NCBI RefSeq assembly: GCF_964355755.1
Contig: NC_092673.1
Coordinates: 4,898,001-4,962,000 of the forward strand
DNA: 64,000 bases
Direction of reading: 5' to 3'
Origin: Antedon mediterranea
Lineage: Eukaryota > Animalia > Echinodermata
The number at the start of each line of letters is the position of its first letter. Within the stretch, counting starts at the first letter, position 1. Position numbers and translations under genes: made by a program. The notes below the pieces were generated by a model. It was not told the origin of the DNA. It was given only the letters and a program-made list of their open reading frames with translations, and did no database searches. Below, piece after piece: positions 12,001 through 22,190 of the stretch.

Positions 12001-15000
12001 CCTTGGCGGAGGTAAATGAAATAATATAAACTGGGTGTGTATAGTTGCACAGTAGTCGTTTTCCTTATAATCTATAGAACACGCAACATGATCATCGAAT
12101 GTTTCAACAGATCAAAATAGACTTACAGTATCTCTACCACGAATCATCACTGTATTAAAAAACAGATTGACCTCAACGTTTTTATTTCCAATTTTTATTT
12201 GAAAGTGAAAGTAAAATACATTTTTTTTTTAAATAGATGTATTAAATTGAGGAAACTATTACTTATGAAAGGTTTTAAAAACGCTTAGTACAATTAGGGT
12301 TTTAAAGAAAATTATGTTTTTAAAGGAAGTATTTATTTTTCAATTTTAATATTCTTTTGTGGAAATTAATGTTTTTTAGGGAAAAAAGTATTAAATAGAG
12401 GAAATAATTATTTAAGATTTTTTTTTAATCTGTTTTTTTAAAAGTTTTATCTGATTTCAATAAATGATTACCAAGTAGGATTAATTGTGAAAATAAACAG
12501 TACTTTTTCAATCATTAGCCTTTTTAAAAATCTGAGAAAATTTTGAAAAACCTGAAATCTATTTTTGGTTAATATTAGTCAAATGACACCATTTACATAA
12601 AGCAGGTGTTTTTTCACTGACCTTGTACATTAAAAACATATCAAGAAAAATGTTAAAAAGTGAAAATGAAAGTCACATTTTCTTAGAATGTTTTGCCACA
12701 TGACACTTTTAATTGCACTTAATTCAAATAAAAGTTTCATTAGGTAATATTTAAAAACATAGTAATAAGCTAAAAGGCTTATTCTAAGGAGCATGTTGAT
12801 ACTGTAAATTATTTGCAGTTCAGACTGTACCCCTTTGAGATCGCTGAGCAGAACTCTGGAGCTTAAACACACCACTGTATTGACGCCCAAGTGTGTGTAG
12901 ACTCACAGGTTTTGCTAGGTGATATAAAAGGGGTACTAGCCATCAGAGTGTGTGTATGCTAGAGTCATCAAGGTGTGTGTATGCTAGAGTCATCAAGGTG
13001 TGTGTATGCTAGAGCCATCAAGGTGTGTGTATGCTAGAGCCATCAAGGTGTGTGTATGCTAGAGCCATCAAGGTGTGTGTATGCTAGAGCCATCAAGGTG
13101 TGTATATGCTAGAGCCATCAAGGTGTGTGTATGATATGCTGGACTCATTCAGTTTTCTCTCAGTCTTGAGTCATGTTAGTTTGCCAACATTGTACAGTTA
13201 AAATATCACAACCTATTTTTTTCTATTCCACTAAATTGTCCTCCAACATTTTTATATTTTAAATGCACTTCTAAAGAATATGATTAAATAGCATCTAAAT
13301 AACATGCACTTTCATGTCAATTAACATGCACTTTTGTGTCAATAAAAATATATTCTTTTAAAGTTTCTTGTATTTTTATACATACATGTACACTGTAAAT
13401 AAATACCCCGCGTGTGTGACAATTTTAAAATAAAGAATAAATTCCTTCTCTTTTCTCCCAAACAATAAATGAATTTAAAAGGTTTTTTTTTCTTTATTTC
13501 TTTCAGTGAAGACGCTCCAGAACCATTGTTACAACGCGTGTTGAGTTCGTCAGATCTACAGAACATGCCGCAGATTGACGAGCACCGTGATCACGTAGCA
13601 TTCAATCAAACGTCATTCATCAATAATCCTATTGCTGTAAGTTATATAAATGGTATCTGTTTAAAACCAATAACTAAAATAGTTTTGTAAAGTTCTGTGA
13701 AGCACTATCAAACTAGTTTGACAATACATGTGTGATGTGCCCGAGTATGTATAATTACATTTTTTGTCGCAGAAAATTTAGACAGAGCTTTAGTTTACAT
13801 TTTAAACGATCTTGAAAATAGTTTACTATCCCAAAACTAAACATATTTAAAACTGGCTTGGGCCTCCCTCTCAATTTTGAATAAAGATAAAACATTTCAT
13901 TAACAAATTTAAAAAATCCTTAATTTATTCTTTGAAACCTTTGAAAAAATGTACTAAAATAATAGTAATTATTTAATCATTAAATGTATACAGTGTTTTA
14001 ATTATTTGATCAATTTTATATAAATTTGGAATGTTTTGAAATAATTATGAATTAAGTTGTACTACAGTACTGTATTTAGATTAACTGTATTCAAATAATA
14101 ACTTAACCTAATCCTGCAGTAATAATTACGAAATGGCTGTTATGATTATTTAGATTAGCTGGTATAAATAAATAAATTGTTGATACTAAATAATTTGATT
14201 GAAATTAATAGTGGCTACTGGATATTTATATTATATATTTAATATGAAGTATGATAAATTAAATTATTTATAATAACTATTAAACTTACTTGATAATGAT
14301 TTCATTTGATAAATTGGCCCCAAGTATCATGTTAATTTGATTTGATATTTGCTATAATACAATGAATGAACAACTCAATTAGCCTTCATCTTAACATTAC
14401 ATTTTTGTGAATAAAAAAGAAAAAATGTTAAAATTGCGGTTTGGATCGTTTAGTCATATCCCATTGATGTGCTATTTTGATTTATCTGTGTTTTAGCTTT
14501 CATTTTTCTGCCACTAAAACTCCTTAAGGAATTTAATTGCGTGATTTGATTTTCGATCTTGTGACTAAAACATAACCTTAACCTTGACGCATGTAATTCT
14601 GTTTCCTTCAGTATTGCATGTTAAAACATTTTTTAAAAGTTTGTGTATCGGGTGGTTCCTCATGAATATTAATCATTTAAAATGAATATTCATATTTGTT
14701 TTTCTCTGATTTATGTTATATAATGAAATTTAGAAAATTACATGATAATTTTTTTTAATTCTTTTAAATAATTTATTGTTTATTACTATTAGGATTTATT
14801 TGTCAATATTTGGCTGTTATGATGTGTATGGTGAAGAAAGAAATAAAATAAAAGTGATTTTTGGAAAGGACCTAAACTCCCTCCTCGACATCATTATATT
14901 TCATGTTTATGTGATATACCTGCTTGGCACAAGATAGTCCCTTCTAGGAACTGAACCCTTGTTCAATTAAATGTTATGAATTCTAAAAAGTGTAAACAAA

Positions 15001-18000
15001 ATTGTTTTACTTCATGTCTTTAAAGAAATAAATAAATTGAATATATATAAATGTAGAAAGTCCATCCATCCACCATTTTATCTTTTATAATCATATTTTG
15101 ACATAGAGTACATTAGTGCAGATCGTTATGATGGTCACCTTCACTTTTTGATGGCAAACTCTTGATACTGTCATAATAATTTGTTGGTTTCAAAAGCTCC
15201 TAGTGTTCTCTCCACAACAATCAAACACATCGCCGCCCTTGATACAATATGACATACAGTAAACATAGCCAAAAATGTCTGTAATCAAATTCTATATTAT
15301 GTGTGTCATACCCTCTATGAAATAATTTTTTCCTGGAATCACTAATGAATTGATTAGTCTTGTCAATGTTTATGTAAATCCTGTTATTAAGTGTTTATGG
15401 AATGCAGCATCCTCCTAGCAGCTGCGTACCCTTCTGTCTCCTCATCTATAACATCCTTTAGCTTAGGATGTTTTTAATTTCATATTTTTAGCTGCAACAT
15501 TAAAAAAAAAATCTGCACTATGTATGTTTGTTTGAATTTGTTTGTAGAATTAACAAGTTAATTAACTTATTTCATGTGTGGGTGTTAAGTTAAACATTAT
15601 TATGATATAAAATGTTTATTATTATAATTTTGTCCCTGTCCTACAAAGCTTCTAAGTAAAAATGTATTAATATAGAAAAGCAAGGACAAGATGTGTTGTC
15701 CATTACTGAATAACCTTAGTGTATCCTTATACTTTTGGCCTGAAAGTAATTGTACAGTACCCTCTATGATATCTACCTTGTGTTTTATGTAACATGTTAA
15801 AATATAGACTTTTTTCGTATGCTCTGAAACAATTGATGTGATAGATACTGTGACTACCCCAATTTCATAATTGGATTTAATTCAAAATTATAGTAAGGAT
15901 TTACAGTTCTGAATAGAATTGGAATTCTTTCTTGCTATATTCTATTTTCTTGTTAATGATGCCACCTAGCACTATTCAAATTTTTTGAGGCTTTATATCA
16001 TTACAATGACTGGTCTATTTTAGCTTGGCAGAGTTTAGGAGATGGTATGTATTTTTGAGGAACTCTTTTAAGTCAACCGGCTCAGCTACAGTGATTGTCA
16101 GTTGACTTAGGTTGACCCTGGTCTCCCCAATTTCAGTTTTTTTTTTGTTATACTGAAATATACCAAATAAATAATTAAATGAACTATTATTATTCTGTAG
16201 AAACCTTGATCATTACGCTTTATCAGTCTTAATTATGTTGTGGGAGAGATACTTTATATTAATGAAATTATTGGTTTATTTAGTTCCCCAGGGTGTAGAA
16301 GATGGTATCTAGTAACCATACCTTGTTTTGTTCTTCGTAGGCTGCTGCTTTGGAGCTCCAGCAAGAGGCAGATCGATGGGAAGAGGATGACAATGCCATT
16401 GTGCAGGTTGCAAATGAACTATCTAAGCAAATGTACGATCTGGCCAATGTTGCAAAGAAGAAGAATTCAGTGGAGGTATGATTAGGGAGCAATACATCAT
16501 GTTAAATCTATGTGCATACAAAAATAGGCTTCTTTTCTTGATTCCTAGACACAGTGTTTTGGTGGTTTCTAGGACCAGATGACATCCAATGACACAATAT
16601 GCACAGATCTTAAGTCATCAAATCCATTGTTTCATTAAGGAAGTATACTGCCAACAAATAACACTGAGTATTTGTTTTTCTACTTTTGTGACTACTACCA
16701 GGTGCAGAGAATTAAAAGTTATTATAAGCACATCCACTTGGCCCAGCTTATTCAATTCTCAACCAAATTTATTTATACAAGCAATTTAGAGTATTACAAA
16801 ATATGATACTTGAATGTACAAGTGACGTTTCATTGCACCATGAAGCTTGAACTACTGTATTTGGTAAAAGAAAGTTTTAAACTTTAAACTATTAGCGTGC
16901 CATAACACTTCTGTATTTATGTTGTGTTATTGCCAGCATTGGTTGCATTACTTTTTGCTGACTACGTCAAAATATATGTCAATCAATGTCAATGGTTTAT
17001 TTTTTTTCCAGGGTAAAGAGAACTTGTTTAAGCTGTCTAAAGCCATAGCAGCTAATGGTAAAGTTATCGTTCAGTTTGCAGAAATCATTGCCAAAAATTG
17101 TGTTGATAAAAGGTTGGTACGGTAATATATTTTCTACACAACAGTTCTTTTCAGAATTATATATATGTGGTGTACCGCAAACTTTGTATCTACATTGATA
17201 TATTAGGTTTCTCTTCATGATTTTGAATTCACTCAGTTTCAGAAAATAGGAGAAGCTGTTATTCATCAGATACAGACATCACTCCCTAATTCTTAAAAAA
17301 AAAAATATGAACACCTTAAGCTACTGGAATATTCATCTGGGTATTGCATGCTTACATTTTTAATGTTGACCCAATCTGATGGCATAGGTGGCAAATTCCA
17401 ATTTCCCAAACAAGATTCATTTGTTTGACTTTATCAACTTTCGAAAGGTTTTTACTGTAAGATCCTCATCAAACTACTACTATAAATTGTAAGCACCTGT
17501 AATTTAGTACTCCTATTGACTGGACACATTTAGGACCTAACAAAGTGAGTGGGTGTCCCGCTTAATAGAGTTTGACTTCCATTGCCAAATGAGGGGTTAA
17601 GCTCCCTTGCCAAAGGAGGGATTGGGTTCCCTTGCCAAAGGCGGGGTCCTGCTGTGTATAGATTCAAAAGAACAATATACTGTACTAAGATAATGTTTTA
17701 TATAATTTGTTTAAAGGTTTTCAAAAGAGTTATTGTCATGCGCAGAACGAATCCCCGTCCTGAGCACACAACTGAACATCATCTCAAGCGTGAAGCAGGC
17801 AACACCTGAAGACGATTCTGCTAATGCGACGCTAATAAACAACGCCGAGAACCTGATGAAGGCCGTAATGAGCACGCTCAAAGCAGCCGAAGGGGCTTGT
17901 GTTAAGGTAAATGAAAATTATTACACAATTTTATTTTTTAGAATTGTATTATTGTTTATAGGTTTGCATGGGGAAGAATAGTAATATACAAAATTTGTAT

Positions 18001-19291
18001 ACAAAATTTTAAAATGTAATGGAGCAGAAAAAAAGCTGCCGACATGCAAGTCTCTGCTACTAGTCATATCAAACCAATCTTCTTTTCAATCTTTCATCAA
18101 TCAAACAAAAAGTGGACAAGTTCTCGTTTTATATAGATTCTATTTTCCGAAATATGCAAGCATTTTTCTTGACTTCAGTCTTATAATAATAATATAAAAA
18201 GAATAATAACTTTATTTTCTCATGAACACCAACCCGGTATTTTTAAACTTGAGTTTCGTGGACAAAAACATTCCTACCATATAAAACAGGATCTTCATTT
18301 TTTTTCGTCCGTCGAATAGGGTGTCTAAAAAAAGTGATTTTGCTGTATTAAAAAGAAATTCAACTATTTAAGCAATATTATTTCAACTATTTAAACAACA
18401 TTATTTCAACTACTAGTATTTAAAAATTACTTCAACTATTTAAGTATGATAATAACTATTTAAACATACTGATTTGATGTTTGACTAAAATTGGAACACT
18501 AAAAATTCAAATTGACATGTTAATATAAAATGAATAGTAAGTTCATAGAAACCAGAGCATTTTAGTGGGTTTTCGGAAACAGGGCAACTTTTCAAAGGTT
18601 TATGTGGGTACAGTGTGTACCAGTTGTGGCTTATGTATCACTTGCTTTACTAAATCATCATGACTTTGCATAAATAACTGAATCTGGTTATTTTTTTATG
18701 ATCGTTAAACTGTCACTTAGAAAAAAAATTCAATTACTGTATATGATTTGATCAGAGAATGTTTCTTGTGTCTCTGTATATTTACATAGGACTAATTTCT
18801 TAAAAACAGATTTTTCTATTCGTGTCGACATGTAAACCTTTGACCTCCTTTATCCGTCTCTTTCCTATTCATCTCATTAATAATAGATTTTTTAAAAATA
18901 AATATTAATTTTTGAAAAGGCTTTTGTTTTAAAAATGATTTATTTTATTAATATTATAGTTAATATAGAAATACACCAATAACTTTGTATACGACCTTTT
19001 TTTCTCCATTTAACTCCATTTTTCACAATCCAAATAATTATGAAAATAATTTAATAAGGGAATAAATAATATTAATAATATATCTATAATGCTATGATTT
19101 TACAGGGGTTGAAACCAGATGTTGAAGGGTCAAAGGTCGGAGCAGAAGCTCAGGCCTTAGCAATGCAATGGAAGCGAAAGCTTCATCGTTATCGGATGAT
19201 TGAAGCATCCAGTACAGATACTGATGCGTTCGGTTTGCGGAGAATAAGGAAACATATCTCAGCTCCAACACTAACAGAAATTCTGTCATAA
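1..19291 (+). CDS. Vinculin/alpha-catenin superfamily protein (vinculin-like), 5'-partial multi-exon gene. Exons: 1-40, 1426-1654, 2188-2353, 2570-2669, 3014-3214, 3348-3467, 4126-4299, 5296-5458, 5921-5950, (12819-12890), 13507-13636, 16341-16475, 17012-17112, 17717-17906, 19106-19291
   Basis: Hand-assembled exons have matching intron phases and AG/GT (one GC) boundaries. The C-terminus NPIAAAALELQQEADRWEEDDNAIVQVANELSKQMYDLANVAKKKNSVEGKENLFKLSKAIAANGKVIVQFAEIIAKNCVDKRFSKELLSCAERIPVLSTQLNIISSVK...LINNAENLMKAVMSTLKAAEGACVK matches the vinculin-tail five-helix bundle pattern. Helical N-terminal exons and an S/P-rich linker precede it. Confidence 0.9.
61..208. mobile_element. MITE family 1 (AGCTCTGTCTACACTATCAAACT TIR; Harbinger-like)
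   Basis: TIR and internal similarity to copies at 1241, 4781, 13689, 26920, 27888 and 32357. Confidence 0.75.
1068..1240. mobile_element. About 170-bp fold-back (palindromic) non-autonomous element
   Basis: About 75-bp imperfect inverted arms around the loop TCGGCGTTGCCTC. Confidence 0.7.
1241..1387. mobile_element. MITE family 1 copy
   Basis: AAAGCTCTGTC...ACTAGTTTGATAGTGTAGACAG. Confidence 0.75.
1426..1654 (+). CDS. vinculin-like exon: DVSLESKLELLVLEW...ETATTAILG
   Basis: TAAAG| acceptor, GG|GTAAAG donor, ORF 1404-1658. Confidence 0.85.
1760..2065. mobile_element. Dispersed repeat ending GGGACAGTACATCTTTAA (possibly a Kolobok-like TTAA element); related copies at about 7030-7351, 29265-29420 and 37650-37913
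   Basis: Shared motifs ATTATGTGACAT, GATTAATAAAATCAGACTTT and the same terminus. Confidence 0.55.
2188..2353 (+). CDS. vinculin-like exon: LKDSMKVEETTEAMSDVDKLSTEL...QRQLKAK (GC donor)
   Basis: TTTTAAG| acceptor, open frame, AAG|GCAAGT donor giving phase 0. Confidence 0.8.
2570..2669 (+). CDS. vinculin-like exon: ATQLGMLIDESVSDMGLAIDTMMGVASAARQAT
   Basis: TACAG| acceptor, G|GTGAGT donor. Confidence 0.85.
3014..3214 (+). CDS. vinculin-like exon: PSQTQLLVQFQVMAESL...VISEARNLV
   Basis: TTCCAG| acceptor, G|GTATGA donor, ORF 3052-3351. Confidence 0.85.
3348..3467 (+). CDS. vinculin-like exon: DVQGSNQRLGAAKREWSANATAVLHGITKLPEADPASLA
   Basis: TTTCAG| acceptor, CAG|GTGGT donor, phase 1-1. Confidence 0.85.
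4126..4299 (+). CDS. vinculin-like exon (linker): MATTLKEMQMLNTLSPQ...SQASQL
   Basis: Long pyrimidine tract plus CTAG| acceptor, T|GTGAGT donor. Confidence 0.8.
4781..5060. mobile_element. Two adjacent MITE family 1 copies (4781-4900 complete, 4935-5060 partial)
   Basis: TIRs AAGCTCTGTCTACAC / GTGTAGACAGAGCTT; internal TATCACTACCATATTTGG repeats. Confidence 0.75.
5296..5458 (+). CDS. vinculin-like exon (S/P/R-rich linker): GHSSNFQQPMTSTPNPGRPSRDR...GQGTK
   Basis: TTAG| acceptor, GG|GTATGT donor, phase 1-2. Confidence 0.8.
5921..5950 (+). CDS. 30-nt symmetric microexon: PYRTRHVSY
   Basis: GTTTTCGTAG| acceptor and AG|GTAAGT donor, phase 2-2, frame open. Confidence 0.65.
6542..6728. mobile_element. 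Tc1/mariner (pogo-like) MITE
   Basis: TIR CAGTCAACTCTCCCAATACC / GGTAATGGGAGAGTTGACTG, flanked by TA on both sides. Confidence 0.8.
8500..11670 (-). mobile_element. Helentron-like element, about 1.6-kb family, copy A (interrupted by copy B)
   Basis: CTAG plus hairpin ACTCGTCA-CTT-TGACGAGT plus TTAGTTATCCGC at the left; matching end GTTATCCGC...GCGGATAACTAA at 11638-11670. Confidence 0.75.
10016..11596 (-). mobile_element. Helentron-like element, copy B, nested in copy A
   Basis: Same termini as copy A and colinear with 8500-10015 with scattered substitutions. Confidence 0.75.
12819..12890 (+). CDS. possible 72-nt cassette exon: SDCTPLRSLSRTLELKHTTVLTP
   Basis: TTTGCAG| acceptor, weak AA|GTGTGT donor, phase 2-2 and open; GC-richer than its flanks. 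Confidence 0.35.
12945..13135. repeat. Minisatellite, 26-bp unit GTGTGTGTATGCTAGAGCCATCAAG(G), about 7 copies
   Basis: Direct tandem repeats. Confidence 0.95.
13507..13636 (+). CDS. vinculin-like exon: EDAPEPLLQRVLSSSDLQ...FINNPIA
   Basis: Strong TTTCTTTCAG| acceptor, GCT|GTAAGT donor; NPI leads into the tail domain. Confidence 0.85.
13689..13792. mobile_element. Degenerate MITE family 1 copy
   Basis: CACTATCAAACTAGTTTGAC...TAGACAGAGCTTTA. Confidence 0.55.
16341..16475 (+). CDS. vinculin-tail exon: AAALELQQEADRWEEDDNAIVQVA...KKKNSVE
   Basis: TTCTTCGTAG| acceptor, GAG|GTATGA donor; vinculin-tail helix 1-2 motif. Confidence 0.92.
17012..17112 (+). CDS. vinculin-tail exon: GKENLFKLSKAIAANG...AKNCVDK
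   Basis: TTTTCCAG| acceptor, AG|GTTGGT donor; resembles vinculin AKDIAK...AKQCTDKR. Confidence 0.92.
17717..17906 (+). CDS. vinculin-tail exon: FSKELLSCAERIPVLSTQLNIISSVK...AEGACVK
   Basis: Resembles vinculin ERIPTISTQLKILSTVK and NAQNLM; AAG|GTAAAT donor. Confidence 0.95.
19106..19291 (+). CDS. vinculin-like terminal exon: GLKPDVEG...QWKRKLHRYR...APTLTEILS*
   Basis: TTTTACAG| acceptor, phase 0, TAA stop at 19289-19291. Confidence 0.88.
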   Translation, partial: GLKPDVEGSKVGAEAQALAMQWKRKLHRYRMIEASSTDTDAFGLRRIRKHISAPTLTEILS

Positions 19292-19357
19292 GAAGTTTTG
19301 TATGTTTACAATATAGTACACATACATCTGTACGTACACAGTACTTATACCATGATA

Positions 19358-20815
19358 TGTACTGTTTGCGGTGTACTGTACATGGATGGCTGTGTACTGT
19401 ATATAGATGACTGTGTCTTGTACATAGATTACTGTGTACTGTTCATAGATGGCTGTGTACTGTTCATAGATGGCTGTGTACTGTACATAGATGACTGTGT
19501 ACTGTACATAGATGACTGTGTACTGTACATAGATGACTGTGTACTGTACATAGATGACTGTGTACTGTACATAGATGGATGTGTACTGTACATAGATGGC
19601 TGTGTACTGTACATAGATGGCTGTGTACTGTACATAGATGGCTGTGTACTGTACATACATGTAGATGGCTGTGTACTGTACATACATGTAGATGGCTGTG
19701 TACTGTACATAGATGGCTGTGTACTGTACATACATGTAGATGGCTGTGTACTGTACATAGATGGCTGTGTACTGTAGAGTAGATAACTGTGTACTGTACA
19801 TAGATGACTGTGTACTGTACATAGATTACTGTATACTGTACATAGATGACTGTGTACTGTAGATAGATGACTGTGTACTGTACATAGATGACTGTGTACT
19901 GTACATAGATTACTGTGTACTGTACATAGATGACTGTGTACTGTACATAGGTTACTGTGTACTGTACATAGATGACTGTGTACTGTAGATAGATGACTGT
20001 GTACTGTAGATAGATGACTGTGTACTGTAGATAGATGACTGTGTACTGTAGATAGATTACTGTGTACTGTACATAGATTACTGTGTACTGTACATAGATG
20101 ACTGTGTACTGTACATAGATGACTGTGTACTGTACATAGAGTAGATGACTGTACTGCACATAGATGGATGTGTACTGTATATAGATGGCTGTGTACTGTA
20201 CATAGATGGCTGTGTACTGTACATAGATGGCTGTGTACTGTACATAGATGGCTGTGTACTGTACATAGATGGCTGTGTACTGTACATAGATGGCTGTGTA
20301 CTGTACATAGATGGATGTGTACTGTACATAGATGGCTGTGTACTGTACATAGATGGCTGTGTACTGTACATAGATGGCTGTGTACTGTACATACATGTAG
20401 ATGGCTGTGTACTGTACATAGATAACTGTGTACTGTAGAGTAGATTACTGTGTACTGTACATAGATGGCTATGTAATGTACATAGATGACTGTGTACTGT
20501 ACATAGATGACTGTGTACTGTACATAGATGGCTGTGTACTGTACATAGATGGCTGTGTACTGTACATAGATGACTGTGTACTGTACATAGATGGTTGTGT
20601 ACTGTACATAGATAACTGTGTACTGTAGAGTAGATGCCTGTGTACTGTACATACATGTAGTTGGCTGTGTACTGTACATAGATGGCTGTGTACTGTAGAG
20701 TAGATAACTGTGTACTGTACATAGATGACTGTGTACTGTACATAGATGGCTGTGTACTGTATATAGATGGCTGTGTACTGTATATAGATGGCTGTGTACT
20801 GTACATAGGCGGCTG
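19358..20815. repeat. Minisatellite, 21-bp unit CTGTGTACTGTACATAGATG(G/A), about 65-70 units, in the probable 3'UTR of the vinculin-like gene
   Basis: Tandem repeats starting about 70 bp after the stop codon; they explain the repetitive ORFs at 19286-20878. Confidence 0.97.
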
Positions 20816-21832
20816 TGTCATAGACTTTTCTCTATGACTGTTCATAGTAGTTATACATTTTCTGTATGTATACAACACAAATATTGTATTTATGCCTTTA
20901 TCTTTTCATCCTTTCATAATTACATTCCAGTCCTTTAGTGCAATAGTTTTTGTCTCAAATCCGTCCGCACAAATACTTTTGATATATTATACAATCATGA
21001 AATAACCGTCTTAGTCCTACTTTTTACTACCTTGATTACATAATTAAACTTTTACTCATTAGGTATTATAATTTTATAATTAAATATTTGATTTTAAAAT
21101 AAATTCTTAATCTGTAAACAATTTAACAATATTTAAATTTTTTAAATTACAATTTTAATTAATCATATTTTAGTATAGACAGTTTTTGGTTGTGTGAATT
21201 GAAAATAATTTGTCAATAATTTAATAGCTTTTTTTTTTGATACGTAGACTAAAAAATTGTTACAGTTAATTTTTCATTTTAATTTAAATTCTCTTCTCAC
21301 GGTACATTTACATCCATGTTGAATATTAACCATAATTATGGGCTTCCAATTATGTCTTTCTGTTATGAAATAAAGTAAATAAACTATTGATAAGTATTTT
21401 AACTCATTTTTTATTTTTGTGATTTCGACGGAAACGTAATCATAATGTCACATAATGATCTGGATCATGCAGATATCGGGAACTTAAATCGTGAAAATTG
21501 CAACTTGTATTATCGGTTAATGCATGCGCAGTGTTATTATTACGTACAGTACTACTATTCTGGAGACCATGCAAACCTTTGAACAATTAACCATTTACTT
21601 GTATGATTTCATGTGTTCCAAACGAACCATAATCAACTTATACTAATCTAGTCGAGATATCAAATGTATCTGGATATAACTGGAGTTTCACTCTCGGCTA
21701 GATCGAGTGGATAACTCGTAAAAATGTGATTAAAACTATGCGCATAAGCAGAAATCACTCAATATAATTATAATATAAAATTGGTTGCCACAGTCGCATG
21801 CAGAATGGTCAGTTTAATCGTATCACAAAAAT

Positions 21833-22190
21833 TGTGTACTGTACATAGATGACAATGTACTGTACATGAAAATGTGTGTACTGTACATAGATGACAATGT
21901 ACTGTACATAGATGACAATGTACTGTACATGAAAATCTGTGTACTGTACATAGATGACAATGTACTGTACATAGATGACAATGTACTGTACATAGATGAC
22001 AATGTACTGTACATAGATGACAATGTACTGTACATAGATGACAATGTACTGTACATAGATGACAATGTACTGTACATAGATGACAATGTACTGTACATAG
22101 ATGACAATGTACTGTACATAGATGACAATGTACTGTACATAGTTGACAATATATTTTACATGAACATCTGTGTGCTGTACATAGATGGAT
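21833..22190. repeat. Minisatellite, 21-bp unit TGTACTGTACATAGATGACAA, flanked by about 55-bp direct repeats
   Basis: Tandem repeats; flanks ATAAAAT.GGTTGC.ACAGTCGCATGCAGAATGGTCAGTTT.ATCGTATCACAA at about 21775 and 22201. Confidence 0.95.

Larger units (their letters stand above)
8169..12016 (-). mobile_element. Outer non-autonomous Helentron/HINE-like element (interrupted)
   Basis: CTAG end plus hairpin CACTC-CGA-GAGTG at 8169-8190; subterminal IR TACCTCTGCC / GGCGGAGGTA; palindrome TACCTCC-TTGGC-GGAGGTA and (ACAA)n near 11960-12014. Confidence 0.7.

Noticed and set aside
16024-16044. 21-nt microexon candidate (TTTTAG|...ATG|GTATGT)
   Set aside because: The flanking exons are phase 0, which gives an in-frame TAG; it could only be a poison exon and is unsupported
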